This document shows, one piece after another, positions 35,193-48,942 of a stretch of 64,000 nucleotides of DNA. Made by a program: the position numbers and the translations under genes. The notes beneath the pieces were generated by a model. It did not search any database, had not been told where the DNA came from, and worked only from the letters and a program-made list of their open reading frames with translations. Source of the stretch: Octopus sinensis (taxonomy: Eukaryota). Each line of letters opens with the position of its first letter. The stretch's first letter is position 1. Location: contig NC_043022.1 in assembly GCF_006345805.1 (NCBI RefSeq), forward strand, positions 23,808,001 through 23,872,000, given 5' to 3'.

Positions 35193-35769
35193 CTTATTTT
35201 CTAAAAACCCGGTGCTTATTCTATGAGTCCCTTGTTGCTGAACCGCTAAGTTACAGGGGCGTGTAACAAACTAACACTGGTTACCAAGCGGTGGTGGTGG
35301 GGTATAAAGACAAACACACTCAAACATACATACATGAGTATGTTTGTGTGTAATACTGTGTATATGTATTTCTGTATTGCAAGGAAAAGTGCCTTGCCTG
35401 ATAATTATATCGTCCATACCAAATATCAACAAACGACCAGTCTGAACGGACCAATTCTGAGGATACATCTGTAATATAAATAGGTTTTCTGAAAGGAGAA
35501 AGGGGCTCACTACCCCACTTTTGACCAGGCTCCCGTGGTATTTTATAGGTTTTTCCACGAGTAACCTTTCGAAGCGCCTCCCCCTATTGAGAGTTCTATT
35601 TGTTACATATTTTCGTTGTTACACGGATTTTTTTCAAACGGACAAAACCCTTTGTAACTTTCGTCCTGTTTTTTGTCCCTACAAGTTTTTAATTGATTTT
35701 TGTCAGCCCTTGTGGCCAATAAAACGAATTAGTTATTACTATTATTATTGTTATTTCTCTTCAATTAGA

Positions 35770-35951
35770 GGCCATTGATTGGTTAAAATTCGAAAAATTA
35801 AACTACGTTAAACAAACGAATTACAATTTTATCAAGAAAGCCAAGAGAAAAAAATGTTTTATTTTGACACATTCTACCAGTATACGAAGTTTAAAAGTGT
35901 TTAGTTAACTAGAAATTGTGTTGACATGTGCCGTTCAAAAGGAAAAGATCC
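35770..35951 (+). mobile_element. Right half of the 11020-11430 MITE family
   Basis: CACATTCTACCAGTATACGAAGTTTAAAA...GCCGTTCAAAAGGAAAAGATCC. Confidence 0.8.
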
Positions 35952-36454
35952 CAAGAATCTGTTGATTCTTTTCCTTGGCTTTTGAATTGCACAATAATTC
36001 TATTAACAGTAGCAAGAGATATTTGAAGATTTTCGGCAATTTTTCGCTAAGACCAGCTTCAGATTCACAAGGCTTTGGTCAGCCCGAGGCTATTGTAGAA
36101 GACGTTTGCCGAAAGTGTCACTCAGTGAGACTGAACCCGGAACCATGCTGTTGGGAAGGAAGCTTCTTTTCATTCAGCCACACCAACATACAAATCAATA
36201 AAGACCCTTTCTCTGTCATATTGACGCACAAGACCAGTTTCCCGCTTCCGTGATGTACATATTCACTCCACTGGACAGGAGGCCGGTCTATCGCAGGATT
36301 ACTCATTTTTGGCCAGCTGAGTGAAGTAGAGCAATGTGGAATGAAGTGTTTTGCTTAAGAACACAAATGCATTGCCTAAGCCAGGAATCGAAACCACAAT
36401 CCTGTGCCCATGCATGGATACAGTCCAACACCTTACCCACTGAGCCACGTGTCT

Positions 36455-36945
36455 TATATAATAATGAAATTATTGTATACTGTGCTCAGGTGCACCACAA
36501 CTTGTCAAAAAGTGCGTATAAAGCATATGCAGTAATGTACAAATGTCTGGAAAGCGAACAGTGTATGAGTCAGATACATGCTTGCGTGTGTATGGAGGGG
36601 AGAAAATCAGGTGCAGTGTTGGCGAATCTCAGGAAGCATGGAAGTTTTGAAGGATGCAGTGCTCCGACAACTAACAACTGATGCCGGCAGTTTGTTCCAT
36701 GCTTCAGCAACTCTCAGCGTGAAAAAATGTTTCCGAAAGTCATGGGAGCTGTGCCGTTTTCTGACTCTGTAAACATGTCCACGGGTGTTAGACGGGTGGA
36801 GTTTATAAAGGTGCTCAGTTATTGTGTGTAAGATGGTTACTAATTTTATGGGTGTCTGCCAAGTCAGCTGCCAGACGTCGGAGTTTCAATGTATCCATGC
36901 CCAGGGAAGTAAGGCGTTCAGAATATGGCAGATGCCTGATGCAGG
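36455..36945 (-). mobile_element. CR1/L2-type LINE 3' end
   Basis: YSERLTSLG..TLKLRRL..DL...NTRGH...RKHFFTLRV..AWNKLP.SVV. Confidence 0.85.
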
Positions 36946-37339
36946 GTATTCTCTATATAGTATTGTTGAGCTTTGTTGTTTGTAGACCTTTGAACAAACT
37001 TTCCTCATGCATTGTATATTTAGGACTACATTAGCCAATGTGCTCTTACTGTCGTTTTTTCGAACATCGCATATTAAAACGCTTGCATGTTATTAGAGAT
37101 GGATATGTGAGCTATTTCTAGAAAATCAAAGGCCCTGTTACGCGCTTTCTATTTGGTTCTTTTATTTATTGTTGTGATAATTTAAATGGGAAATAAATCT
37201 TCAAGCAAAAAAATATTACGGGAGATAACTAACGACAGAGTTAACTCCCTTGATATCCTTCTTTGACGTTTTTAAATAGCAATTCATCTGTTCCGTTTTC
37301 GCCGCCTGTTATTCTTGAGTGTGTGTTGCTGTGGTGTGA

Positions 37340-37672
37340 AGGCGCATGGCTCAGTGATTAGAGCGTCGAGCTTATGATCGTGAGGTTGTGAGCTCGAATC
37401 TCGGACCAGGCTGCGTGTTGTGTTCTTGAGCAAAACACTTTATTTCACGCTGCTCCAGTTCACTCAGCTGTAGAAATGAGTTGCGACGTCATGAGTGCCA
37501 AGCTGCATCGAGCCCTTTACCTTTCCCTTGGATAACACTGGTGGCATGGAGAGGGGAGGTCGGTATGCATGAGTGACTGCTGGTCTTCCATAAACAACTT
37601 TACCCGGACTTGTGCCTGGGAAGGTAACTTTCTATGCGCAATCCAATGGTCAGTCATGACCGAAGGAGGACT
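37340..37672 (+). mobile_element. tRNA-derived SINE
   Basis: TGGCTCAGTGATTAGAGC A box; GAGCTCGAATC B-box-like. Confidence 0.8.
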
Positions 37673-38304
37673 CAGAATCAGTTGGTGTGGTGGATATGCG
37701 GAGGGGGAATGTAGAGTCTTCAGGCACTCTTCCATAGGGTCTTACCTGAAGCAGCCGTCATTAGATTTTCCGATAGTATTTCCGAACGCGACCTGCTGAG
37801 ACTGTAGATATCCAGCTACTTTGTTCTTGATGGTACCCACTTGGTCTCCTGCCTGTTGGCCTGGCTCGCAGAATCCAACTTGCAATTCCTTCTTGTGACA
37901 TTCTAACCACATATCCGTAATACCGGAGCTGTGGCTTCTCAGTGCAGACCGACCAGGAGAGACTCCCTGATTATTTTCAGATGCCATATATATACATACA
38001 TACATATACATATATATATGTGTGTGTGTGTATATATATGTGCATATATATATGTGTGTGTATATATATATATATATATATGTGTATATCTATATGTGTA
38101 TATCTATATGTGTATATATCATCATCATCATCATCATCGTTTAACGTCCGCTTTCCATGCTAGCATGGGTTGGACGGTTCAACTGGGGTCTGGGAAGCCC
38201 GAAGGCTGCACCAGGCCCAGTCTGATCTGGCAGTGTTTCTACAGCTGGATGCCCTTCCTAACGCCAATAACGTGATATAAAGTGTATATATATATATATG
38301 TGTG

Positions 38305-38356
<52 letters not shown>

Positions 38357-38539
38357 CATGCTCACACAGGACCCACATTAGATTCATCACTCGTATTATT
38401 ATCGAACCGAGAGTTTAACTACGGTCCTCCCGGAGCACTTACATAGCCTTACCGGCCATCTTGGGTCTTCCAGATACCTATACCTCACACACACGCGCGC
38501 ACACAAAGAGGTGAGCACACAAGTGCAAAAATAAGGTGG

Positions 38540-39640
38540 AAAAATTGTACTCAAATATCAAAGCAAAATTTTCGCAGAACCGTTACTCAAATCTTCACGT
38601 TCCCGTTTGTCGGACGGTGGTGATATATATACAGTATTTATCACAACTGTCCGAAACTCTGAGTAAAATATATTTTTGATAATTTTGCAGCTTTATATAT
38701 ATATAGGGGGAAAGTAAGAAGAAAAATAAGCGAAAATGCACATTGGAAATAAAAACAGTAAAGTCTTTTTATGAAAAGTAACGATAGATATATACAATTA
38801 GAGGTAGGAATAAAAGTAATAAAAGTCATTATTGTGAATTGTTAAAGAGATTTAAAAGCATACCAGTTTCGTAAATTACTAATCATTGCTTTGAATGCAC
38901 ACCGATTAATGAGCGGTGTCAGGTCTATTAGTTCCTGAGGGTAAAGATCATTTGTAAAGGAGGTAAGTAGTTCTGAATTTTGTACAATTAGGGTAGATAT
39001 AGATCTGTAATGTGAATGGTATATGGTACGCATGGGGGTTAGTGGTATTAATTGAAAGATTAGTAGTGTTCTGTATTATGTTGTGTGTTCATATTGAGTT
39101 GGGGAAGATATTTATTGATTAAAGTTGCCTTTTTATTCATTCTTTGTTGCACTGAGGTGCTCTGTGAAGATTGATAGAAGGAGAAAATTAGGAAATTAGG
39201 ATTAAGATTCCTAGCACACCTTTCTATGTGTTCACTAACCTGTAACTGTCTGTATTATGGGTAGCGGATTTGTTCTTTGTGGAGAGTGGTTCTTCGACGG
39301 AGTGATATTCCTGTTTGGCCAATATAATTGTTACCACACCCTAAGCATGTAATGGCATAGATTAGATTTTCTGAGGCACAGCTTCAATTTGATTTGATCT
39401 TAAATACTTCACCTTGTTTAAAGTGGAATTCTGAACCCTCCAAAAGGTGGGGGCATGTACCACAGTTAGGTCAATCACATTTATTCACTTTTGGTTCTGC
39501 TGTTAATGGATATAGTCCCGCACTGATTAATATTTTTTTCAGTGATATAGATTGCATTTTGCTTTTGATAATTTTGTGTGAGCTTAAAATTTTGTTCATT
39601 GTTTTATCTCCTCTGAGGATGGGAAGGTTTGGGTGATAAT
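38540..39640 (-). mobile_element. 5'-truncated Penelope-like element: Cys linker, GIY-YIG endonuclease and hammerhead-bearing 3' end
   Basis: KCD*PNCGTC...SCASENLIYAITCLGCGNNYIGQTGISLRRRTTLHKEQI; decayed hammerhead at 38580-38617. Confidence 0.88.
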
Positions 39641-39689
39641 ATTGAAGGCAGAAATTCCTTGCTAACGACAACGGTAGAGACGACAAATG

Positions 39690-40410
39690 TGTAGTCATTG
39701 CTTGTGCGACAAACTTTTTCTGAGCTCGTCACTTTGACTGGAGCTGTAGTTCTGGACCAAAAGCAGAGCGGGGTTGGGTTTTGGCATTTGGAATACAGCC
39801 AAGTACTCATTTCTCTCTACCAACTATATCATGTGGCCGGTGGAAAGTTAAATACCACATTCTATACAGAATTAGCTGACGAAATGAGTGACGGTGGTCT
39901 GGGAATCATTCTGGCCGTCACGTGGACAATCTGAATAGGTTTTTTTTTTCCGAACTTCAAGGTTGAGGGTTACAGACAATTTTTTAAAAAGTACTTGGCA
40001 TGGCATTGCCTGTTCGGAATAATCTCTTCTGACATGGTCGTATTGTATCTACCAGGATCATCCAGCTGCGGTTTTCGTTGGCTCAGAGAGGTATCCATAA
40101 CTGCAACTGGTCGGTTTCAGAGAACAAAAGTTTGCATACTACTTGGTCCGCGTAGGTACCTCAATTTTCATATGACTAGATCGGTGCGTCTACTCTTTCA
40201 ATTCTTGAGGAAGAGATGCATTCCACTAATAGGCTGGTCCATCTGTTGTCAATACACTCTTCATGGAGGGATCGGTATGTCTTGGCTCAGAGGTTGTGGT
40301 GTCTACAGAAATTTCTGGACGGTGGAACGGATGTGGTCACTCTGTCGGATATGTCTTCCGCAGCTCGTGTCTTTGATAGAGTTGGAGCCTTGGGTAAACC
40401 AAATATCAAA
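39690..40410 (+). mobile_element. Two Tx1/L1-type LINE ORF2 fragments
   Basis: ALPVRNNLF*HG; RLLFQFL...SICCQ..LHGGIGMSWL...PQLVSL.EL..W. Confidence 0.65.
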
Positions 40411-40984
40411 AAAGGAGAAGTGGAGGAGGATGAAGAGGAAGTGAACAAATAGAAAAATAAAGAAAAGGAAGAAAACTAAGAAGTGACAAAGGGCAACAAG
40501 CTTTGGATTAGCGCTTGTGTGAGGCTCACAGCTAGACTTGTTGTATTCTCGTTGTTGCTGTTATTCCTGTTGTTCCTTGTTAGGCCAAGGCCAGCCTAGG
40601 TCTGCTTCGATCCAGCAAATTTCCGATGAAAGATCTTCCAGATGTGACCATCTTGCCTTTTATTTAGCCATAGTGAATCTAGTATTAGTCGATGTGTGTA
40701 TCTGTCTGTGCGTCAGTCTATGTTTATATTTCTATTGTATAAGAGAATGTTTTCATTTATATACGGCGGTGTATTTGTGTGTGTGTGAGAGAGAGAGAGA
40801 GTATCTGTATTAGCTACAACTGGTAAAATTGATTTTATGAATCCTTTGTCTCGCAAACAACAATTGTGAATCGTTAAAAAGACGACCAAAGAATTCATGG
40901 CTTCCACACGTACCTCAATATAACTTCAATTATCTAACAAAAAGAAAAGAAAAAAGGTCAAGCATCCTTCTCGATCAGACTAAT

Positions 40985-41373
40985 AAGGTCTGTTCCCTGG
41001 ATTCTGTGGCATACCGGATGGAAATATACAAGGTGGTGCACGAAAAAACGAGACGTCTGCGTTGGCTGGGTCATGCCCTCCGTCGTCAACCAGGAGAATT
41101 CATCTACGAAGCAATTGCCCCAGCTCCCCTTCAGGGTTGGCGAAAGCGATGTGGTGAACAACGAAAAACCTGGCTGATGACAGTCAAGGCTGATCTGGAA
41201 CTCAACCTAGGCCCCCATATCTACGGTGTTCGCCGCTGGAATAAGGAGTGGTTGGAGATCACGCGGTCGTTAGCCTCAAATCGCCAGGCCTGGTCGGCGT
41301 TTGTGAGAGATGCAGCATTGAGGATGAATGAAGCCAGCTCAACCCACCCCGGATGAATGCTGTCAAGTCAAGT
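40985..41373 (+). mobile_element. RTE-type LINE 3' end with (TCAAG)n tail
   Basis: RRLRWLGHALRR...RKTW...LASNRQAW. Confidence 0.85.
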
Positions 41374-41429
41374 TATTTCGACTGCTTGAAACTGTTGAAC
41401 AAAGATAATGCCACTAGTTGACTGTTATC

Positions 41430-41988
41430 CTCATTGCATCCTTACCACAAGATTGCATTGAGTGAACAGCTCCAGCCTTTTCTGCAAGATGTCGTAATCA
41501 GTAGCGGAAAGAGTGCAGATTATGGAAGCAGATGTGAAAATGGGTTCTGTTAAGTAAACGAATGAAATTTTTGAAGCCAAGTTTCCGGATAACGCCTTAC
41601 CGGCGAAGGGAACGATACACATGTTGGTTAAAATTGGCGCGCTACAGGACCGGTGTACAACGCCCTAAAACAAAGAAAGCTTACAATACAAACGCCGGAA
41701 GTTACTCAGGACATTCGCCAAACGATTATTCGAAGTCCAAAGAAGTCAACACGTAAATTGGCACAGATCTCCCACAAGCAGGCGGTCATACCAACGGATG
41801 CTGAAAAGTCTAGAGTGGAGGCCATATCATTTCACATGTACACAGCAATTAAAAGCCTACATTTTCGATCGAAGTAACAACGACACTTGGAAGTGAAAAG
41901 GCTGGGTGCTTTTTCGTGCGTGTAAATTTATTCCTGTATTCACACTATGCTCTTTAACACTTGCTACTTTTTCATACGCCACTCTGTA
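41430..41988 (+). mobile_element. Tc1/mariner-like relic (N-terminal HTH)
   Basis: FEAKFPD...TI..LV...IIRSPKKSTRKLA; terminal ...CCACTCTG-TA. Confidence 0.55.
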
Positions 41989-42185
41989 TGTATATAATGT
42001 ACATATATATGTATGTCTCTGACTGTATCTGTTAGTGCATATTTACACATACATACATATATACACACACATACATACATACATACATACATACATACAT
42101 ACATACATACATACAGACAGACAGACAAACGTATATGTATGTATATATATATATATGTGTGTGTATATATATATATATGTATATA

Positions 42186-42227
<42 letters not shown>

Positions 42228-42659
42228 CATATGTATGTATATATATATGTATGTATATATATATGTATATATATATGTATATATACACACATATATATAT
42301 ATATACATACATACATATACGTTTGTCTGTCTGTCTGTATGTATGTATGTATGTATGTATATGTATGTATATGTATATATATGTATGTATGTATATGTAT
42401 AATTAAAATTTTTAAGAAGTTGAAATAATAATTGAATAAATAATATAAAATAATGAAATTTAAACAAAATTATCGAAATAGAAATTGATAAATTGAATGA
42501 AACATTCTGTGATTAAAAACGAAGGAAAAAGAAATGTGTTGGTTATTTTGTTTCTTTTCTTATTTAATCATCATCATCGTCGTCGTCGTTATCGTTGTTG
42601 CCATTATTTAGAACCTTTACTGCGGAAGCTGTAGAATTTGAGGGTTCTATGTCACAAAA

Positions 42660-42920
42660 GAGCCGTGTCTGCACGTGTCTGCACGGCGTCACTGACATGG
42701 TGTCGGACTCTTCGGATACAGAAACGATCAACACTATACTGAAAGAATATCAGGTATGTACCGGAGCACTCATAAACCTGGACAAATCAGTGGGCTGGCA
42801 ACTAGGCTCTTGGAGAGGTAGGTTCATGATCAGCGGCGATTTCTGTCGCTGGACGGAGGTTCCGTTGAAAGTGCTCGGAATCTGGTTCGGACCAGATCTC
42901 CAGGTAGATAGGAACTAGGA
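42660..42920 (+). mobile_element. Tx1/L1-type RT fragment
   Basis: TGALINLDKSVG.QLGSWR...KVLGIWFGPDLQ. Confidence 0.7.
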
Positions 42921-43082
42921 AGAAGGCGGCTAGCTGTCAGAAACGTTAGCACGCCGGGCGAAATGCTTAGCGGTATTTCGTCCTTTTGGGGTCGATAAAT
43001 TAAGTACCAGTTAAATACGGGGGTCGATGTAATCGACTCATCTCCAACTCTCCCAAGCTGCCTTTGTAGCAAAAATTTGAAC

Positions 43083-43116
<34 letters not shown>

Positions 43117-43251
43117 TATTATTATTATTATTATTATTGAGTGAGAGAGCAGTGCATGCCATCAAAGTGACACTGGGGTAAAATATACGAAGCCCAATAT
43201 ACCCATCATGACTACCCGTCTGATTATTAATATTATTATTATTACTATTAC

Positions 43252-43314
<63 letters not shown>

Positions 43315-43764
43315 TATTAAAGAAGGTGGTGAGCTGGCAGAATCATTAGCTCACTGAACAAAATGCTTAGCTGTATGTTGTCTACCGTTACGTTCTGAGT
43401 TCAAATTCCGCCGAGGTCGACTTTGCCTTTCATCCTTTCGGGGTTGATTAAATAAGTACCAGTTACGCAATGGGGGTCGATGTAATTGACTTAATCCCTT
43501 ACCCAAAATTTGGTGCGTTGTATTTTTACTACTACTACTACTACTACTATATACCCTGATACAGTACCATGTAGGAATCACTAAAGAGAATTCACAAAAA
43601 TCAACTGAGGCGAAAAATATCACGATGATACACCCGAAATGTAGTAAAAGCAACAATCAAGGTGAGGACACCGGTTTGAATAATTGTAAAGACATAACAT
43701 ATGTGCGTATCAGCACAAGGAATATCGGTGGAACGGTCCCTTAAAAACATCTACCAAGTGCAAG

Positions 43765-44068
43765 CATAACAGGTCTGGTTATTCTTTCGATATGACTCGA
43801 CAAAATCAAAACATTTCACTTCGGGTATTTTCGTGGAAGCAAATGATAAGTTCGATTGTTTTCTGCTTGGAAATTTTCGGATTTTACATACACACATGAA
43901 ACAGGTAAGAACAAATATCCGGGGCCTTTTTTTCTTCAAGTTTAAAATGAGACATTGCTGGCATAATATCTATGGCGTTATATCTATACTCCACAACCCA
44001 CGGAAATACCCGAAGTGAACTGTTTTAATTCTGTCGAGTTATATCGAAAGAATGCCCAAGTCTGCTAT
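43765..44068. repeat. Inverted repeat, ~70 bp arms
   Basis: ATTCTTTCGATATGACTCGACA...TTCACTTCGGGTATTT versus its inverse at ~43998-44068. Confidence 0.75.
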
Positions 44069-44084
44069 ATTTATTTAGAATAAA

Positions 44085-44410
44085 GTCATGGACATCTCTT
44101 CCAAAATCAGCGACAAAGAGAATATCTACGGACACCTGCAACCCTCTACTCTGATCGTAAATTTACATTCATACCAATAATCATTGGTGCATTTAGTTAT
44201 GTTAGTAAATATCCCTAAATCATAATCTGGATAAGCTTGGATTACCATGCAAAGAAAGAGATCGGTTAACACGAACTGTACAACCTGTAAGAGGAACGGT
44301 AAAAATATGCGAGATTTTCTTGCTATCGAAATTCCGTTAATGAAGTTTTTGTTTCTTTGTTAGAAATCAGTTCCATCTTTCTAAAAGAATAAAAAGAAAT
44401 GTGTACATAA
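44085..44410 (+). mobile_element. R4/Dong-clade 3' relic followed by (CATA)n
   Basis: KFTFIPIIIGA.SYV...LDKLG...GTVKIC. Confidence 0.7.
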
Positions 44411-45351
44411 GTGCATATATACAAATGTACATGCATCATCCATATATACATGCGTACATAGACACACATGTATACATACATACATAACATACATAACTAC
44501 ATAGACAAAGACATATATATATATAAATAACTACGTACATACATTACATATATATATACACATGCACATACAAACATATGCATACATACAAGCATACATA
44601 CACATATGCACACATACATACATGCGCATACATAAATACATATATACTACATACAAACATAGACATACATACCTACACATACATAATACATACATACACA
44701 CAAACGTACAAACACACATACATGCATACATCATGCATACATACATATATACATACACTCACATATATACACACATACATACATACGTACGTACGTAGAA
44801 AATTCCCTGTAAAGACTATTTTTTCTTTCTACTTTTTTTATATTTTTTCGCCAAGGAAAAAAAATTAAATAATCATTTTTACAGCTAAATATTTCTGACA
44901 AGATTTTATCACTATTTTACTCGACATAAATTGAATTTGAAAGTCTATGTGATAATTTAGTTCGGAAACAAGGGGAAAACCAACCAAGCACTACAGTTTT
45001 TAAATCTATGAGAGAGACAGAGAGAAAGAGATAGAGAAAGAGACAGAGACAGAGACAGAGACATAGAATTTAATTAGCAACAAAATGAACGATGATAAGC
45101 CATCATCATCATCAGCAGCAGCAGCAGTAATTATGGTTTTAAATTTTGGCATAAGGCAACCAATTTTGTTTGGCGAGGCGGGAGGTGGTAGTGGTTAGTC
45201 GATCACATCACCTTTCTCCCCCACCTCCAGTGCTCAACTAACACTTACTTTATTGACCTCAAAATGAAAGATGAAGTCGACCCTGGCGGAATGACGAGAT
45301 GATGCTAAGCACCTTGCCAGGCGTGCAAACGATTCTGCCAGCTCATCGCCC

Positions 45352-45394
<43 letters not shown>

Positions 45395-45960
45395 CTAGCA
45401 GTATAGCCCGGCTTTGCTCGGGATTAAGTTAGGATTATCAAGCTCTTTATTTCAAACCAAACTAAGTAACATCGACGTCAAATTTGAGCGAAATCCCTTG
45501 AAATTGGTAAACTTTTGGCTGAAAATGAGTTGCAGACAATTTGATTGAGAGATCCCATAAGGAATCGGTTTATCGATTTTTTTTTTCGTTTTTGGAGAAC
45601 TTAAAGTATTCAAAGATCCCACTGAGTCCTAAGTAATGCTGGCATCAAGTTTGAACAAAATACATCAAAATTGCTAAAAGTTATGGTTGAAAATGGGGTG
45701 TAGCCAATTTTAGTGGGAAGTCCTATAAGGAATCGGTTTATCGATTTTTTTTTATCCTGATTAAATAGAAAACCCCATAAGGAATCCGTTTATTGATTTT
45801 TCACTCCAAATAGGACTTAACCAAACACAACATTGCTGATTCAAAAACACCTATATTTATACTTTAAAGTTGATTTTCATACCCAACCCAGATTTGCAGA
45901 ATCAGTGTCGCGACGAGAGTTTTGTAAGAGCTCCAATCTGGTCAGTGCTTTCTTGGGACA
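45395..45960 (-). mobile_element. Non-autonomous Helitron 3' portion with internal repeats
   Basis: Minus strand CCCGAGC-AAA-GCCGGG hairpin, short spacer, CTAG|T; CC(C/T)ATAAGGAATC(G/C)GTTTAT three times; other end approximate. Confidence 0.75.
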
Positions 45961-46099
45961 ATGTATGACGGCTAGGCGTTAGCACACTACCGAGGCAATG
46001 TATACATTCGCTACTTTCATCCTGCCTTTCAGTAACAGCTTCCTTTCTGCCCATTTCTGAATGAACTTGACCACCCTAACGATGACCTCTTCCTCGTTC

Positions 46100-46830
46100 C
46101 TTATTTCTTTACTACCCACAAGGGGCTAAACACAGAGGGGACAAACAAGGACAGACAAACGGATTAAGTCGATTATATCGACCCCAGTGCGTAACTGGTG
46201 CTTATTTAATCGACCCGGAAAGGATGAAAGGCAAAGTCGACCTCGGCGGAATTTAAACTCAGAATGTGGAGCGGCAGACGAAATACCTATTTATATTTCT
46301 TTACTACCCACAAGGGGTTAAACAGAGACAGGACAAACAAAGACAGACAAACGGATTAAGTCGATTATATCGACTCCAGTGCGTAACTGGTACTTATTTA
46401 ATCGACCCGGAAAGGATGAAAGGCAAAGTCGACCTCGGCGGAATTTGAACCCAGAACGTAACGGCAGACGTAATACCTCTAAGCATTTCGTTCAGTGCAC
46501 TAACAATTCAGTGACCTTAATAATGATGATGAGGAGGAGGAGGAAGCGGAGGATCCTTTCTACTTACTATAGGCACAAGCCTGAAATTTGGGGGAGGGGG
46601 ATAGTCGATTACATCGACCCCAGTGCGTAACTGGTACTTAATTTATCGACCCCGAAAGGATGAAAGCCAAAGCTGACCTCGGTGGAATTTGACCTTAGAA
46701 CCTAAATAGTTCAAATTGCGCCGAGGTCGACTTCGCCTTCTATCGTTCCAGGGTCGGTAAAATAAATACCAGTTGAGCACTAGGAGGCGGGGATCGCTAA
46801 AATTGCTGGCCTTGTGTCAAGATTTTATAC
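46100..46830. mobile_element. Cluster of SINE family B copies
   Basis: Repeated GACCC.GAAAGGATGAAAG.CAAAG bodies, the last one inverted; more at 43324, 47880 and 63200-63740. Confidence 0.85.
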
Positions 46831-46996
46831 CAATATCAACATAAAAAATGGTATTCGTACTTTTGCATAAACGAATTTTTTAGTTTTTCGTTTTGTTTAT
46901 TTTTATTATAAAACAACATTTCCTTGTTGTCATCTAAAATCGTCATGTTAGAATATAAAACGTAATGATTCTTTTAATAGTCTATTCAGATTTTAC

Positions 46997-47130
<134 letters not shown>

Positions 47131-48582
47131 AATATCTGTACTTACACACGCGCACACACATATACATATATATTTATATGTGTATATACAAGCATACATA
47201 TGTACGTGAATACAAATAAAAATATATATGTGTATGTATATGATGTGTGTGCGTGTATCCAAATGTTTCTGTTTTTTACATACATATCTGTGTACGCATA
47301 TGTTTGTATACACACACACATGTATATGTGTGTATATATATAATCATACCTATATGTGTGTGTGTTTGTGTATGTTTGTTGTTAAGTGCTCTACATTAAT
47401 TCCTATACAACTTCAAACATTCTCGGACATTAGATTAAAACGTAAATTCATTTTTTTTTTAAATCACAAAACATACTGAATAAATAAATACATAAATAAA
47501 TAAACATCAAAGGTATATTTTGCCTAAAAAAATATTTTGAAAAAATCAAATTCGATAGAGATCACAGAGAACAATCGATTTATATAGATCGGAAATTTAT
47601 ATTGAATTGTCTAATTATATATATTTATTTATTAAATTTACCATTTCATTTAAGAAAATAAGAACGATTTATTTGTAAACAATACAAATTGTTTGTTTTC
47701 TCTTTGAATATTTTAAAACATAATTTAGTAGCATTTTAAGAGAAAACAGCACTTTTCTGCGTGTGTATGTTGTTGTTGTCGTTGTTGTTATTTTAGCCCC
47801 AGGTCAGCTTTGATCAATGTGGCTGTAAGAATAAAAGCATGCCGGATACGACCATTCTTACCTGTTTACGGATATCTGTTTCTTTATTACCCACAAGGGG
47901 CTAAACATAGAGGGGACAAACAAGGACAGACAAACGGATTATGTCGATTACATCGACCCCAGTGCGTAACTGGTACTTAATTTATCGACCCCGAAAGGAT
48001 GAAAGGCAAAGTTGACCTCGGCGGAATTTGAACTCAGAACGTAACGGCAGACGAAATACGGCTACGCATTTCGCCCGGCGTGCTAACGGTTCTGCCAGCT
48101 CGCCGCCTCTTACGGATATCGATTCATCCGTCCGTCCATCTTTCCCTCCCATTGTTCCTGAGAGGGCCGTTGGATGGGACGAGAGCCTGCAGGGAACTCC
48201 CCCATAGGGTTGTATCAAAAGCAACTGTCATTAGGCTTTCTGCCTCGATGCCTAAGCGTAACTAGTGACCATCTGAGATCAAGGGTATTAGCCAACCATC
48301 CCATTCTTGGTTCCATCCTTGGGTCTCCTACCGGTTAGCTTGGCTTGAAGAATCTGTCTTGCAATTTAGTCCTAGGTCACCTTTGAACAAAGTGAGTGTA
48401 AGAAGAAAAGCATTCAAGATGCGACCAGTCTTACCTGTTTGTGTGTATATCTGTGTGTGCGTGTATAAACATATACATACACAAACGTGTTTGTATTATA
48501 TATACACATATATTTATATATATGTACATACACATATATATGTATTTTTATACATACATACATACATACATACATACATTAC

Positions 48583-48631
<49 letters not shown>

Positions 48632-48634
<3 letters not shown>

Positions 48635-48942
48635 AGGCGCAATGCCCAGTGGTTAGGGCAGCGGACTCGTGGTTGTAGGATCGCGGTTTCGATTCCCAGA
48701 CCAGGCGTTGTGAGTGTATATTGAGCGAAAACACCTAAAGCTCCACGAGGCTCCGGCAGGGGTTGGTGGCGATCCCTGCTGTACTCTTTCGCCACAACTT
48801 TCTCTCACTCTTTCTTCTGTTGGCCTGCTCACTTAGCCAGCGGGGTGACGTCATTTGAAGGCTAAAACAATGCGAAGCGCATTGTGACCAGCGATGTGTA
48901 GCAACATCTGATAGCCTGGTCGATCACGGTGATCACGGTGAT
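48632..48942 (+). mobile_element. SINE family C, full length
   Basis: Inverse of 13063-13367. Confidence 0.9.
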
